Shown: one piece after another, positions 49,090 through 59,507 of the stretch
Numbering within the stretch: position 1 is the stretch's first letter
Layout of the letters: the number at the start of each line of letters is the position of its first letter
Program-made: the position numbers and the translations under genes
Origin: Nitrosopumilus sp.
GTDB lineage: Archaea > Thermoproteota > Nitrososphaeria > Nitrososphaerales > Nitrosopumilaceae
Reading direction: 5' to 3'
Length of the DNA stretch: 64,000 nucleotides
Assembly: GCA_965249555.1 (NCBI GenBank)
Contig: OZ252243.1
Location: 1,280,001 to 1,344,000, forward strand
Notes under the pieces: generated by a model
What the model was told of the DNA's origin: nothing
Databases searched by the model: none
The model's input: the letters and a program-made list of their open reading frames with translations, nothing else

Positions 49090-49150
49090 GGTAGGTTGTC
49101 TGACCAATGTAAACCTCCTGCAAGACTTTTACTTGGTTGGACTACTACCT
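49090..49150 (+). ncRNA. putative ~61-nt hairpin small RNA
   Basis: about 20-bp stem with two G.U pairs, 14-nt loop, TTAAATA 22 nt upstream, TTT immediately after. Confidence 0.5.
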
Positions 49151-49157
49151 TTAAAAT

Positions 49158-50909
49158 TTAAAATAAACTGTTTGCTAGTTTTTTTAATGCTAGAATATCG
49201 TCTTCTTCATGTCTAATTTTTTTATCAATTACACGAAGCATTGTGTTATTCCAAACATGTTGTGAGAAGAAATTATGTTTTGTATTGGCTAACTCAATTT
49301 CATCATCTACTACAGTATCTTCCAGAAATTTAGTCACAATTACATCTGTTAACTTTAGAATTTTGGAATTAAGTTTGAAACTACGAAAAATAGGCTCTAG
49401 TTTTCTTACATCTACCTTGAAGTCATCTTTTGATTCAAGAATTTTTTTATGTAATATTCTAAAGTAGACTGCTACAAAAAATAATGTTGCATATCTTTTT
49501 GTTTTGTGACCTCCTTGTTTTCCATAATTTAATGATTTTTTTGCATATTCTTTGACAAGATAGGGATATAGCAAAATTCTGTAATCATCTTTCAAATTAT
49601 CATTGAATATGTCATCATATTTTCTTCCTCTTGGAAGAAACTGTGCTGGTGAACTGTACGCTTCAGTTGGTCTTTGTTCAATTCCTGCAACTAGCGATTG
49701 AATCGCATCTTTGGCAACAATGACTTTCTTGTGGTTATCTGGAAGATAGTTGTTGTATATTTCATCTCCTTCATATTCACACTGTTTTGATTTTGATTTT
49801 GTATCAAAGGAACCTGCTTGAATTTCATAAAAGTATCCACAATTTTTTAATTGTGATTTAATTGATTTGTGAAAATCCATCAGTGAAACTAGATCTTTTC
49901 CTCTAACTGAATTTTGAGAATTTCTGTACTTTGTAATATTATTTTGTTCTTGTTCATCATCTGCCTTGATTATTGTAACTGTCATGGAACCTTCCATATT
50001 TTTTGTTCGCTTTGAATGATCAAGAATAGAATTCGATGTTTGTGCACCATTGACAATTTGTGGAGCATGTAATTCAATCAAATTATCTCCCAACTCTACA
50101 AAGTCATTAACTACAATAGTAATTCCGTTATTATAATAGAAAAATTTGCCCGGATTATTTTGTAATGTTTCACGTAAACCTTTGTTGACTGTAGTCTTGA
50201 ATTGCATCCATTGTCTAATATTTGATTCAAAAACATAATCTTTGTTCTTACTTACAAATTCTGTAATTTCTCGTAACTTTAAAATTCCTAGAATGGTGTT
50301 TTCATGTTTTAGCATTCTTTCCAGTTTAATTGAGGATTTTTTACCTGCTGCAGGTTTTTTAATTCTATCCCATAATTTTTGAATTATTTTCTCACCATCT
50401 ATAATTTCGACAAATTCGTCATCATATTCTACTTTCTGATCTGTAACATAACAACATTTTACCTTGAGATTTTTTTCTTTAATTTTTGTAACAAGCTGAG
50501 CTAGTTCAGGTCTCATTTTTGTAACATCTTTTACAAGTAGTCGTTTAACATCTTCTTTGAATTTGGCAATTGCTTCTAGTGAATGTGATGTACCATATTT
50601 TGACTGGAACAATCTAATTGTATTATCTGAAAAATCTACTGGAAGATATGCATCAATTCCAAGATCGTTTGCTCCATCAACAATTGCATCTGCTGCATCA
50701 TCTTCTGTGGCCTCAAAAACTCGAGTTAACACCCATTGAAGAAAATTATATCCTTTCTCGACATCACTTTTAGCATTTTCAGCATATTCTTGTATACTTC
50801 CCTGAACATTTTCTGCAAATCCTTCTAAAGGAAGACTGGAGTTTTTTTGTACTAGTAGTGTATGTGAACCTGGTATGTATTCTAATAAACCATTTCCATT
50901 TTGAGACAT
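49158..50909 (-). CDS. AIPR family protein (abortive infection phage resistance)
   Basis: DGANDLGIDA..FQSKY, FESNIR, FFYYNNGIT, QIVNGAQT, RNSQN. Confidence 0.9.
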   Translation of the reverse strand: MSQNGNGLLEYIPGSHTLLVQKNSSLPLEGFAENVQGSIQEYAENAKSDVEKGYNFLQWVLTRVFEATEDDAADAIVDGANDLGIDAYLPVDFSDNTIRLFQSKYGTSHSLEAIAKFKEDVKRLLVKDVTKMRPELAQLVTKIKEKNLKVKCCYVTDQKVEYDDEFVEIIDGEKIIQKLWDRIKKPAAGKKSSIKLERMLKHENTILGILKLREITEFVSKNKDYVFESNIRQWMQFKTTVNKGLRETLQNNPGKFFYYNNGITIVVNDFVELGDNLIELHAPQIVNGAQTSNSILDHSKRTKNMEGSMTVTIIKADDEQEQNNITKYRNSQNSVRGKDLVSLMDFHKSIKSQLKNCGYFYEIQAGSFDTKSKSKQCEYEGDEIYNNYLPDNHKKVIVAKDAIQSLVAGIEQRPTEAYSSPAQFLPRGRKYDDIFNDNLKDDYRILLYPYLVKEYAKKSLNYGKQGGHKTKRYATLFFVAVYFRILHKKILESKDDFKVDVRKLEPIFRSFKLNSKILKLTDVIVTKFLEDTVVDDEIELANTKHNFFSQHVWNNTMLRVIDKKIRHEEDDILALKKLANSLF

Positions 50910-52009
50910 TTTATTTTTCTAATATGTTATATATTTAGAGAACTTGGTAATTATGTAATTACTATCGTTTATAACAAACTTTACAATAACTACCTAGTTT
51001 ACTATATTCAATGAGTAAATTCAAGATAGTATTCAAAGATGGAGATTCCCATAGTCAAGACCTACCCTAAATTACCATGAAAAAATAATTAAAATAATAA
51101 TCATTCCTGTTTTAGTATTCTTACCTTTTATTATTCCAATTATTATTCACTATGGCCCACTTTGTCATTGGGGTGGAATATATTATAGTAATTTAGATAC
51201 ACTTGGAATATATTTTGGTAATGCATATACACATGGTAGTGTGTATCCTAGTCAAGCGATATTTTATTGTAGCTGGAATATAGAACATTTTATAGCAGAT
51301 TATGAACGTCTTGGGCAGTTTCAGATTTATGGATCTATACTTTTTGCAATTATTATTTTAATTGTTATTGGTTTTCAAAAAATAAAGAAAACAAGGAAAT
51401 ATTCAATGGATAAATGTAACTGATCCAAGATTACCATATGATAAAAATTGTAGTATTTTTATTTGCTTTTACCATATTAGGATTTACAGGTATAGAAGCA
51501 TCAGCTTATTTGTTTGATGATTATATTTTAATGGAGAAAAATAACAACCAGTTGATCTATGTAAATGAAAAATCAGTTGATAAATTAACTGATAGAGGAT
51601 TTGCAAAAAAAACAGCTGACTTTGCTAAAGAATGCAATACAAGATTTATTGAAGACACAAGAGAAGATTCGACACTGAAAATTGGTTCAGATTATCATAT
51701 AACTTCAGATTGTACCATTTCAAAAAATAATAATACATTATGTGTTTTTATAATAAATTCAACTGATACTTGCATACATGAATTCGCAAAGCCAACAAAT
51801 TTGAAAGATTGTAGAATGATTTACAAGATGAATTCTGTTTATTATATGCAAGGTAATTTCCCTCATCCTGATTATCCTGATAATATAAACAATCTATTTC
51901 CATATTTTCATATTTTTTCTAACTATTTTTGTGATATGATACCCGATTATGTAAATTCTGGAAATTATTTTGATGAATGGGATATTATCTTTTCAGACAC
52001 TAAAATTTT

Positions 52010-53451
52010 GTATGTATCAACCTTCACGCACAAATCAATATCATTACACAAAAAGATCTAAGATCAACTAAATCATCATACAAAACATGTCAGGTTGTGG
52101 TCATGAGAAAATCATCATACAGCTACAAGCAGAGATAAAACAACTGCAAGAAAAGTTAAAACAACTACCGCTAATCATAGAAAATCTCATAGAATCAAAC
52201 AAGGAACTGCAAAAAAAGCTGTCATATTATGAGAATGCACACTCTCCGCCATCAAAGAATTCCCTTGAATGGAGAAAGCAAAAAAGACAACACAGACAGC
52301 CAGGCAAATCAAGACGTGGTGGAATAGCAGGACACGTTGGCAAGACACAGAAATTCAGACCAACTAGCACCAAACACCACAGATCAGATGCATGTCCCAA
52401 ATGCGGTAGTGAAAATATTCATCAAACCAAAACCTGCAAAAGGATAATGGTTGAGATTCCTCCACCAACACCCTACGGTATAACTGAGCATGTTTTGAAT
52501 CAATACATCTGCATGGACTGTTCTGATAATTTTCAAACCACGGGAAACCTTCCACTACATGGATGTTTTGATGGTTCAGTGATACGTGAGGTCGTCTCAC
52601 TGTTCTCAAAGAGATTGACATACGATGCTATCAGAACCACACTCTATGAAAGATATGGATTAGAAATCAGCAATACAACCGTACAATCCATTCTTCGCAA
52701 CGGTAGTGTGATGTTAGAGTCATTTTACAATACAATCCACAGCGAAATCGTGACTGAAAATATTCTCGGAATCGATGAGACAGGATTTTCAATTGATGGA
52801 AATACTGGATGGATGTGGGTTGCAAGAAGCAAGACTAGTGCACAGTATGCCTTGGAGTACAGCAGAGGTGCCAATGTTCTAAAAAAGTACTGGAAGAAAT
52901 TCAAAGGAACCCTAGTGTCTGACGGATATGCTCCGTACAGGACAGTATTTTGTGATAACACAAAGCAGAGATGCACTGCACACCTGCAGCGCGATGCCAA
53001 ATATCTGGCAATAAAATCACAGGACAAAAAGGCAAGGATTCTATACGAGAAACTCTCAGATATGCTAGGTCATGCCAGGGTTTGGAGTGTAGGTAATCGT
53101 CATACAAAACGGCGGGAAACGTACAGGGATGATTTACTAAAACAGCTAGACCGTATCATTGCACGATATTTGAAAGGTGATATGGAGATGGTTCAGTTTG
53201 GCAAGAAGCTAAAGACTGCAAGGAACAGCATGTTTACGTTTGTCATGGATGGCGATGTCCCGTCAACTAACAATGATGCAGAGAATTCCATTCGAAAGTG
53301 CGTGATGCAGAGGAATGTTCGCGGGCAGATGAAGAGTGATCAGGGCATGAGGATGATCTCAGTCTTTCTCACATGCTTTGAGACATGGAGAATAAGGGAA
53401 TTGAACATGTTTTCTGAGATGGCAAAATACATCTAAGTGCTTGATTCATAC
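52010..53451 (+). mobile_element. IS66-family element, copy 2, 1442 bp
   Basis: same IRs and length as copy 1; 8-bp TSD AAAATTTT at 52002-52009 and 53452-53459. Confidence 0.93.
52087..53436 (+). CDS. IS66-family transposase
   Basis: protein identical to 15299-16648. Confidence 0.93.
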   Translation: MSGCGHEKIIIQLQAEIKQLQEKLKQLPLIIENLIESNKELQKKLSYYENAHSPPSKNSLEWRKQKRQHRQPGKSRRGGIAGHVGKTQKFRPTSTKHHRSDACPKCGSENIHQTKTCKRIMVEIPPPTPYGITEHVLNQYICMDCSDNFQTTGNLPLHGCFDGSVIREVVSLFSKRLTYDAIRTTLYERYGLEISNTTVQSILRNGSVMLESFYNTIHSEIVTENILGIDETGFSIDGNTGWMWVARSKTSAQYALEYSRGANVLKKYWKKFKGTLVSDGYAPYRTVFCDNTKQRCTAHLQRDAKYLAIKSQDKKARILYEKLSDMLGHARVWSVGNRHTKRRETYRDDLLKQLDRIIARYLKGDMEMVQFGKKLKTARNSMFTFVMDGDVPSTNNDAENSIRKCVMQRNVRGQMKSDQGMRMISVFLTCFETWRIRELNMFSEMAKYI

Positions 53452-53924
53452 AAAATTTTTAACTTTTATGATGGAAATCCAAACACTATATTTATACGTG
53501 GTATAGGGATTAATGAGACAAATCCTCCACAACTTTATGGGGTTGTGTATTTTGCTTCAGATGATTATGATTATAAATTTAGTTATTATACTCAGCACAA
53601 ATATTTTTCCACTTCATTCATTTCTGAACAAAAAAAACAATATGATGAATTTAATATTCGTCAACTTGTTTATGATTTCATTAACAACTGCCAACCAATC
53701 ATAAAAAACAATTTTAACTATTGTCAAGAATATTTGGTTAGTGGTGGTTGTCGTGTTATTTCAGAATTACCTAAATATTGTATGGATGAGTACATATTCT
53801 ATAAAAGTGTAAATGATGAGGAATGCCTTGCTCTGTTTTCCTCTTTAGAAACTTTAGATTCTGATCACACTTGGAGTCTAGAAGAGTTTAGAAAATCAAA
53901 ATGTAGATTGTAATAAATGTTAAA

Positions 53925-54164
53925 TTGAAAATATTTTTTTTTATGAAAAAGAAAGATATATTATCTAATCATATGTTACTAACTAATGTAATGTTAAAAA
54001 AATTATATGGTCTTTTTTTAGGACTTTCAGTATTAGGACTAGTACTTGTTGTAACTGGAATGATTATCGATGATCTTACCTTTTGGCTAATAGCTGATAT
54101 AATGTTTATTAGTATATTTGCATCAAGTTCTATAGTATTTGCATATTCTATGCGTAAACAGTAG
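53925..54164 (+). CDS. small two-TM membrane protein
   Basis: two hydrophobic helices; true start probably downstream of 53925. Confidence 0.55.
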   Translation: MKIFFFMKKKDILSNHMLLTNVMLKKLYGLFLGLSVLGLVLVVTGMIIDDLTFWLIADIMFISIFASSSIVFAYSMRKQ

Positions 54165-54174
54165 AGTTTAAAAA

Positions 54175-54639
54175 TTGAAAAACGTATACCTTGCCAGTCA
54201 TTTAGGATTCATAGAACTTGGTGGAGATAACCTGGTTAAATTTCACAAAGTTTTAGAGAAATTTCATATCTTAGATCCATGGGCTAATCAATATGAAGAA
54301 GAGTTTGATAAATTAGAATCAATCACAGATCTAAAACAGTATAAAATTGAAGCAAAGAAAGTCAATCAAATGATTGGACAAAAAAATGAAGACATGATAA
54401 ATAAATCAGACCTTATGGTTGCAATTCTTGATGGTGTAGATGTGGATAGTGGAGTGGCAGTAGAAATTGGCTATGCATTTTCTAAAATGCCAATCATTGG
54501 GTATAGAAGTGATATTAGAGAGAGTGGCAGCAATATTGCACAAATTGTAAATCTCCAAGTAGAGCATTTTATAGAAAAATCAGGTGGAACCATTGTAAAA
54601 AGTTTATCAGAACTAGAAGAGATTATTAAAAAATATTAA
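54175..54639 (+). CDS. nucleoside 2-deoxyribosyltransferase family protein
   Basis: VYLAS, LDG..VDSGVAVEIGYA, NL motif. Confidence 0.85.
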   Translation: MKNVYLASHLGFIELGGDNLVKFHKVLEKFHILDPWANQYEEEFDKLESITDLKQYKIEAKKVNQMIGQKNEDMINKSDLMVAILDGVDVDSGVAVEIGYAFSKMPIIGYRSDIRESGSNIAQIVNLQVEHFIEKSGGTIVKSLSELEEIIKKY

Positions 54640-54903
54640 TAAACCAATTATAGAATAATGTCTAATATAATAGCGTCAATATCGCCTCCCATTAGGACAA
54701 GAGATCAAGTTCATATCTAACACATCAAACAAAACAGACACCAAAACTGATCTGTTTTCATCCTATAATGGTTCAATTCAAACTATTTCAACCCCTCATA
54801 GACAATCGAACAGATTTTTCTATATGATAAACACTGATGATTCATCCGTAAAAATAATGATTTTATGAGTAATAAATACAAAAAAACATTTTGTATCTAG
54901 TTT

Positions 54904-55425
54904 TCATTTTCTAATTCTCAATTTTGCTTTTTTTAATGCAATAATTCCTGGTATTATGAAAATTGTTCCAGTACCAATCTGTATCAAACCTCCAATTGAT
55001 CTAATCCAATCAGTTTCTTGCTCAAGATGTTCAAGAGTTAATAGTGATTGAAGACCACTTTCTACCCAAGAAAAACCAAAAAATAACAAAACTCCTGCTG
55101 CAATAATGAACATGTATTTTCTAGGGGGAATTTTTTTTACCCTCAAAATTATATTTGGTACAAGAAATACTAGTGAGATAATCCCTAACATGATTGGTCC
55201 TGAAACAAATATTGAATTATATTTCGAGTATCCATAAAAATCATGTGCGTAACTAGGAGATAAATCTGGATCAAGGTCAATTCCTCCTCCATGTCTCTGG
55301 AATTCTGGTGATTCTGATACTAAATTTATTGAATATATGAAAACAACAAAAGAAATTAGAGTCAAAAAAATAGAAACTGTAATTAAGATTAAAAGATTAA
55401 TTTTCATTTTCTTCAAATAAAACAC
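54904..55425 (-). CDS. four-TM membrane protein
   Basis: four hydrophobic segments. Confidence 0.7.
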   Translation of the reverse strand: MFYLKKMKINLLILITVSIFLTLISFVVFIYSINLVSESPEFQRHGGGIDLDPDLSPSYAHDFYGYSKYNSIFVSGPIMLGIISLVFLVPNIILRVKKIPPRKYMFIIAAGVLLFFGFSWVESGLQSLLTLEHLEQETDWIRSIGGLIQIGTGTIFIIPGIIALKKAKLRIRK

Positions 55426-55636
55426 TCATAAAGATTTTGATTCTCCTAAATTGTGGAATAGGATCCATTTTAGAGAATATTCCCGTCATCTACCAAAAGG
55501 CTAGTAATCATAATACTTGGTAAATCGGACAGATATTATGTATTACCTTCTAATCATATATCGAAAATACCACCAAGATGTTTTGTTTGTAATACATGCG
55601 AACTTGTATTCTTGATAGATAACATCAAGGTAGTTC

Positions 55637-55888
55637 TTGCCCTCTCCTTTTTTATGTTTTAGATTAATTTTAGGATTTATTGGCATTATAATATTTGTTG
55701 TAGGTACAATATTTCTTACAAAAGAACTATTTTTGGATGTGTTTTTGTTCGGTTTAGGTTCTTTTGCTCCTGATATGCCAGGACATCCATCTAATACATT
55801 TATTTTCTTAATGTTTTTTATTTTAAATTTTATTGTTTTATCTTTAATTTCATACAAAATATATTCCAAAAAAATCAAAAAACCTTGA
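55637..55888 (+). CDS. small membrane protein or fragment
   Basis: hydrophobic helices; weak TTG start. Confidence 0.4.
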   Translation: MPSPFLCFRLILGFIGIIIFVVGTIFLTKELFLDVFLFGLGSFAPDMPGHPSNTFIFLMFFILNFIVLSLISYKIYSKKIKKP

Positions 55889-56180
55889 TGGGATACAATT
55901 GTCTACCTATAATTTTTTTCCTTAAAAATATAATACAAAAATATCCAAAACATAAGGATAGAGGAACTGGGTAGAGTGAGTGGAATGTTGCAGATGAGGA
56001 TGATAACTATGTAGAGTCTGAAGAACAAAATACAGAACGGGATAAATAGAAAAAGATTAGTAAAGGGGATTTTTAATTACACTAGTATATGAGTTTTACA
56101 AGTATGATTATATCAAGACTAGTTAGTATGGGATTAATTAGCTCATTTGTGTTGGAACGCTAGTTCCAATGTTGGGTTGA

Positions 56181-56327
56181 CTATTTTTTCAAATTTTTTC
56201 TTAGGATATCATTTACAACCTTTGAGAAACTATACGATAAATTTTCATTTTTAATAATTCCAGCTTGAATAATACGTAGTCTTCGTTCATTATCATCATC
56301 AATCATAATTGTAACTCTTCTAACCAT
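56181..56327 (-). CDS. 48-aa ribbon-helix-helix-type DNA-binding protein (not in ORF track)
   Basis: MVRRVTIMIDDDNERRLRIIQA..SYSFSKVVNDILRK; TTTATATA upstream. Confidence 0.7.
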   Translation of the reverse strand: MVRRVTIMIDDDNERRLRIIQAGIIKNENLSYSFSKVVNDILRKNLKK

Positions 56328-56693
56328 ACTAAGAAATTAGTATTGTATTATATAAATAATTTAACCCTACTAGGTGTGAAATCTTAAACTAAACCATGTG
56401 GTATGATACCCTATGAAAGATACCATCAAAATAGTCATGCCTGATGTATAGTTATAGGGCAAAACAAAACATGACCAGGCAGCTCAAAGCCCGATTATCA
56501 TTTTTAAAAAACACTTTACAAGAAACGAGAAAGGACTAAAGATTGGATCATACGCCAGATACGGGCTTTCCCGGATTCCCAAACACTGGCCCCGAGAACT
56601 CAGGAACTGAAAGTCAAAAAAGACATCCCAAATCTGCACCGTACCAATTACAAAAAGATATAAAAACGGACAAATCTGCAAAGTGGTTTAAAC

Positions 56694-56870
56694 ATGGGAA
56701 TCATACATGATAAATACCGAAAAAAAGTTGATACCGCATATGAGATTTTAGGCATTGCAGCTGATGTGGCTCAGCTTGGGCGTGCATTATTACGCAATGA
56801 GATAAAAGGCAAAAAGCAAAACATTACCACTATTATCAAAAAACTAGAAAAGATCAAAAATAGCCTCTAG
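56694..56870 (+). CDS. 58-aa hypothetical protein (not in ORF track)
   Basis: MGIIHDKYRKKVDTAYEILGIAADVAQLGRALLRNEIKG..; TATAAA upstream. Confidence 0.4.
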   Translation: MGIIHDKYRKKVDTAYEILGIAADVAQLGRALLRNEIKGKKQNITTIIKKLEKIKNSL

Positions 56871-57005
56871 TTATTATTTCACGCTCAAAATGATTTCTGA
56901 TCGGTCTGTGTTTTTAGGCACAAAACAGCAAATATGTATACACTTTATAAGTAAAACTCTGAAATCTTAGTAACCTTTATAATCTCACTTTTTTTTTACA
57001 AAAAT

Positions 57006-59132
57006 ATGAATAAAGTACTATTCACTGCATTGATTGCAGTAATTGCAATCTCAATGTCATTTGCAAGTGCAGAGGCTCAAGATGCTCCACCTGCCGCACC
57101 CACACTTGAATCAGGAGCAATCACTGAAACAAGCATTGAGATTGAATGGAGTGAAGTGACTGGTGCCTTGGTCTATTCGTTATATAGAAATGGTGAAATC
57201 ATAGCAAGTACCGGTGATACATCATACACTGACAATGGCTTGGATCCTTACACATCTTACACTTATCATGCCTTCTCATCTACCGCTTTACAGCAAAGTG
57301 GCAAATCTGTCAGCCTGACTGTAACTACATCTCCAATCCAAACAGGCTCTTTTAGTGTAACAGTAGATGGTGATGAGGCAACCGTATCATTTACACCACT
57401 AACAGATGGTGATTTCACAATTGGATACGGTGATCTAACAGATACTGTCACCATTGCATCTGGTGATGTAGGTTTAGAATCATCTACTACGGTACAAGTC
57501 GGCTATAATTATGATGGTACAGTCACCCTCTCACTTGATGGTGATGAATTTGGCAGCATACCCATACGCACCGAACCTGCACCTCCTGAACTTAGAGCAG
57601 GAACAATCACTAACACAACTATTGAGATTTTATGGGATGCAGTGGATGGTGCCACAGAATACACTGTGTATAGAGATAATGTCTACCAAGGAAGTCGTGC
57701 TATGCCATTATACCTTGATAATACCATCGCTCCTGGAACTTACACTTATCGTATCGAATCACACAATGATGTTTCCCAGACAAGTGACTCATCTACTTTG
57801 ACTCTATCTACAGCAACCTTTGATGCTCCCCCTGAAACTGATAACACCGATAGTGTAACTCCACCTACTGATAACACCGATAGTGTAACTCCACCTACTG
57901 ATAACACCGATAGTGTAACTCCACCTACTGATGACAACGATAGTGTAACTCCACCTACTGATGACAACGATAGTGTAACTCCACCTACTGATGACAACGA
58001 TAGTGTAACTCCACCTACTGATGACAACGATAGTGTAACTCCACCTACTGATGACAACGATAGTGTAACTCCACCTACTGATGACAACGATAGTGTAACT
58101 CCACCTACTGATGACAACGATAGTGGAGCTGGTGGCATCGCTAGTGTAACTCCTGGAACTGAAACACCAAAGAAAAGTGGTGGCGATTCTAATGAATGGA
58201 AAACAAAGCCAACCTTTGGTAAACATTGGAATAATCAAGCAGTACAACTAGTTGACAACGGCTTTGTCTTTAATGGCATACCATTAACCATTACAGATAA
58301 CTGGCACACTGACTTTGATCTGACTAGCAGCATTATAGGTGAGGACAATACAGTCCACATCAAAGGCTATGCAACAAATGGCCTAAAGTCAGTATCTCTA
58401 TCCCTTGGAGTTCCAGAAATTGGTCTAAAAACAGATGCAGAGTCCCACATTATAGTAAATGTAAATAGAAACTATGCAAGTCCTGCAGGCTATGACATTG
58501 CAGATATAGTCCATGAGCAAAAAGAGGGACTGGTAAATGAGGAGATGACTAGAGTATCCATTGACAAAGTCAAATGTAACATATCAGATACTACAGAGAG
58601 GTGCTTTGATGTTACCATATCATTTGTAATAATGGCACCATTATCCCATGAAGTATTGGCAATTAATGCAGTTGACAAACAACGTTATTCTACTACCACA
58701 TATATCAACGAAGGTGTAGAGTTTGTGGGAGAGTCATTGCTTGCAGCAGCAACTCATGAATTAAAACAAAAGCATGGTAACCAGAATCCATTTGAGACTG
58801 TATCACTAACACAGCAAGACAGACGTTACCAGGTCTGGGAGGACCAATATGGATACATATGGTCACAAAATGACTATGGCACCTGGTTGCAGATTACAAG
58901 ACCTGATATACAACAAAGAGATGATTTGCCAACAAGTGTAATGACTAGAATTCATTCAAACTTTGCAAGCCTGGTAATTGATGAGCAGGATAGGGCAACC
59001 CTGATCTTTGATAGTAAGGCAATTCAGGGAATTCTGGATGAATCATTCTCATATGATATGCCATTAAGGCTGGACAGAGTATCAGATCTCACATTACTGG
59101 AATCACTATCCATACAAGAGATGCTAGCCTAG
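57006..59132 (+). CDS. secreted fibronectin type III domain surface protein with acidic Pro/Thr repeat linker
   Basis: signal peptide, two FN3-like domains (IEIEW..YSLYRNG..YTDNGL.P.TSYTY), TD(NT/DN)DSVTPP repeats. Confidence 0.88.
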   Translation: MNKVLFTALIAVIAISMSFASAEAQDAPPAAPTLESGAITETSIEIEWSEVTGALVYSLYRNGEIIASTGDTSYTDNGLDPYTSYTYHAFSSTALQQSGKSVSLTVTTSPIQTGSFSVTVDGDEATVSFTPLTDGDFTIGYGDLTDTVTIASGDVGLESSTTVQVGYNYDGTVTLSLDGDEFGSIPIRTEPAPPELRAGTITNTTIEILWDAVDGATEYTVYRDNVYQGSRAMPLYLDNTIAPGTYTYRIESHNDVSQTSDSSTLTLSTATFDAPPETDNTDSVTPPTDNTDSVTPPTDNTDSVTPPTDDNDSVTPPTDDNDSVTPPTDDNDSVTPPTDDNDSVTPPTDDNDSVTPPTDDNDSVTPPTDDNDSGAGGIASVTPGTETPKKSGGDSNEWKTKPTFGKHWNNQAVQLVDNGFVFNGIPLTITDNWHTDFDLTSSIIGEDNTVHIKGYATNGLKSVSLSLGVPEIGLKTDAESHIIVNVNRNYASPAGYDIADIVHEQKEGLVNEEMTRVSIDKVKCNISDTTERCFDVTISFVIMAPLSHEVLAINAVDKQRYSTTTYINEGVEFVGESLLAAATHELKQKHGNQNPFETVSLTQQDRRYQVWEDQYGYIWSQNDYGTWLQITRPDIQQRDDLPTSVMTRIHSNFASLVIDEQDRATLIFDSKAIQGILDESFSYDMPLRLDRVSDLTLLESLSIQEMLA
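57837..58124 (+). repeat. 30-bp tandem repeat, nine full units plus one partial
   Basis: three units ACTGATAACACCGATAGTGTAACTCCACCT then six units ACTGATGACAACGATAGTGTAACTCCACCT. Confidence 0.95.
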
Positions 59133-59288
59133 GAAATGCTGGATTAATTAAAGTAGAAAAATAATACATTAAATTATTAAACTCGTTGTAAAGTCTGTAT
59201 TCTGGTATGGCTACAAGATAGTTCCCATATTCAAAGTTCTAACATTCTTCTTGTAAGATTAATATGGTATTATATATTCTACAAAACA

Positions 59289-59507
59289 ATGGCAAACTAT
59301 GATTCTATAAAGTCCAGTGTTGAAAAAAACGGTGAATTAATGATCCGTTTGGATAATGGTGATAAAATCGAACTCCATAAACACAATGTCACCTTTGATG
59401 ACTCTACAAAAGAGATAATTGTAGATGCAGGAACAGAAAAAATTTGGATTCCTGCTGACAAGGTAGCATATTACTGGCTACACAAAGAAGGATTCAAAAA
59501 AGAATAA
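59289..59507 (+). CDS. small beta-rich hypothetical protein
   Basis: 72 aa, ELHKHN motif, own TATA and T-rich terminator. Confidence 0.75.
   Translation: MANYDSIKSSVEKNGELMIRLDNGDKIELHKHNVTFDDSTKEIIVDAGTEKIWIPADKVAYYWLHKEGFKKE

Larger units (their letters stand above)
51438..53913 (+). pseudogene. secreted Cys-rich protein interrupted by IS66
   Basis: removing the IS and one TSD copy restores a 341-aa ORF (..FSDTKIF|NFYDGNP..) with a signal peptide. Confidence 0.88.

Noticed and set aside
49090-49150. Y RNA
   Set aside because: Superficial GG..CC-UUU stem, but the bulged-C Ro60 helix is missing and there is no Ro/Rsr gene in the window
51011-51423. 60-aa ORF 51241-51423 as a complete gene
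   Set aside because: The frame is open further upstream without a start codon; probably a frameshifted membrane-protein remnant, too weak to call
55543-55878. 111-aa K/N-rich ORF
   Set aside because: Antisense shadow of the hydrophobic + strand ORF
57837-58124. 30-bp repeats as a CRISPR array
   Set aside because: Head-to-tail with no spacers, in frame inside a protein, no cas genes
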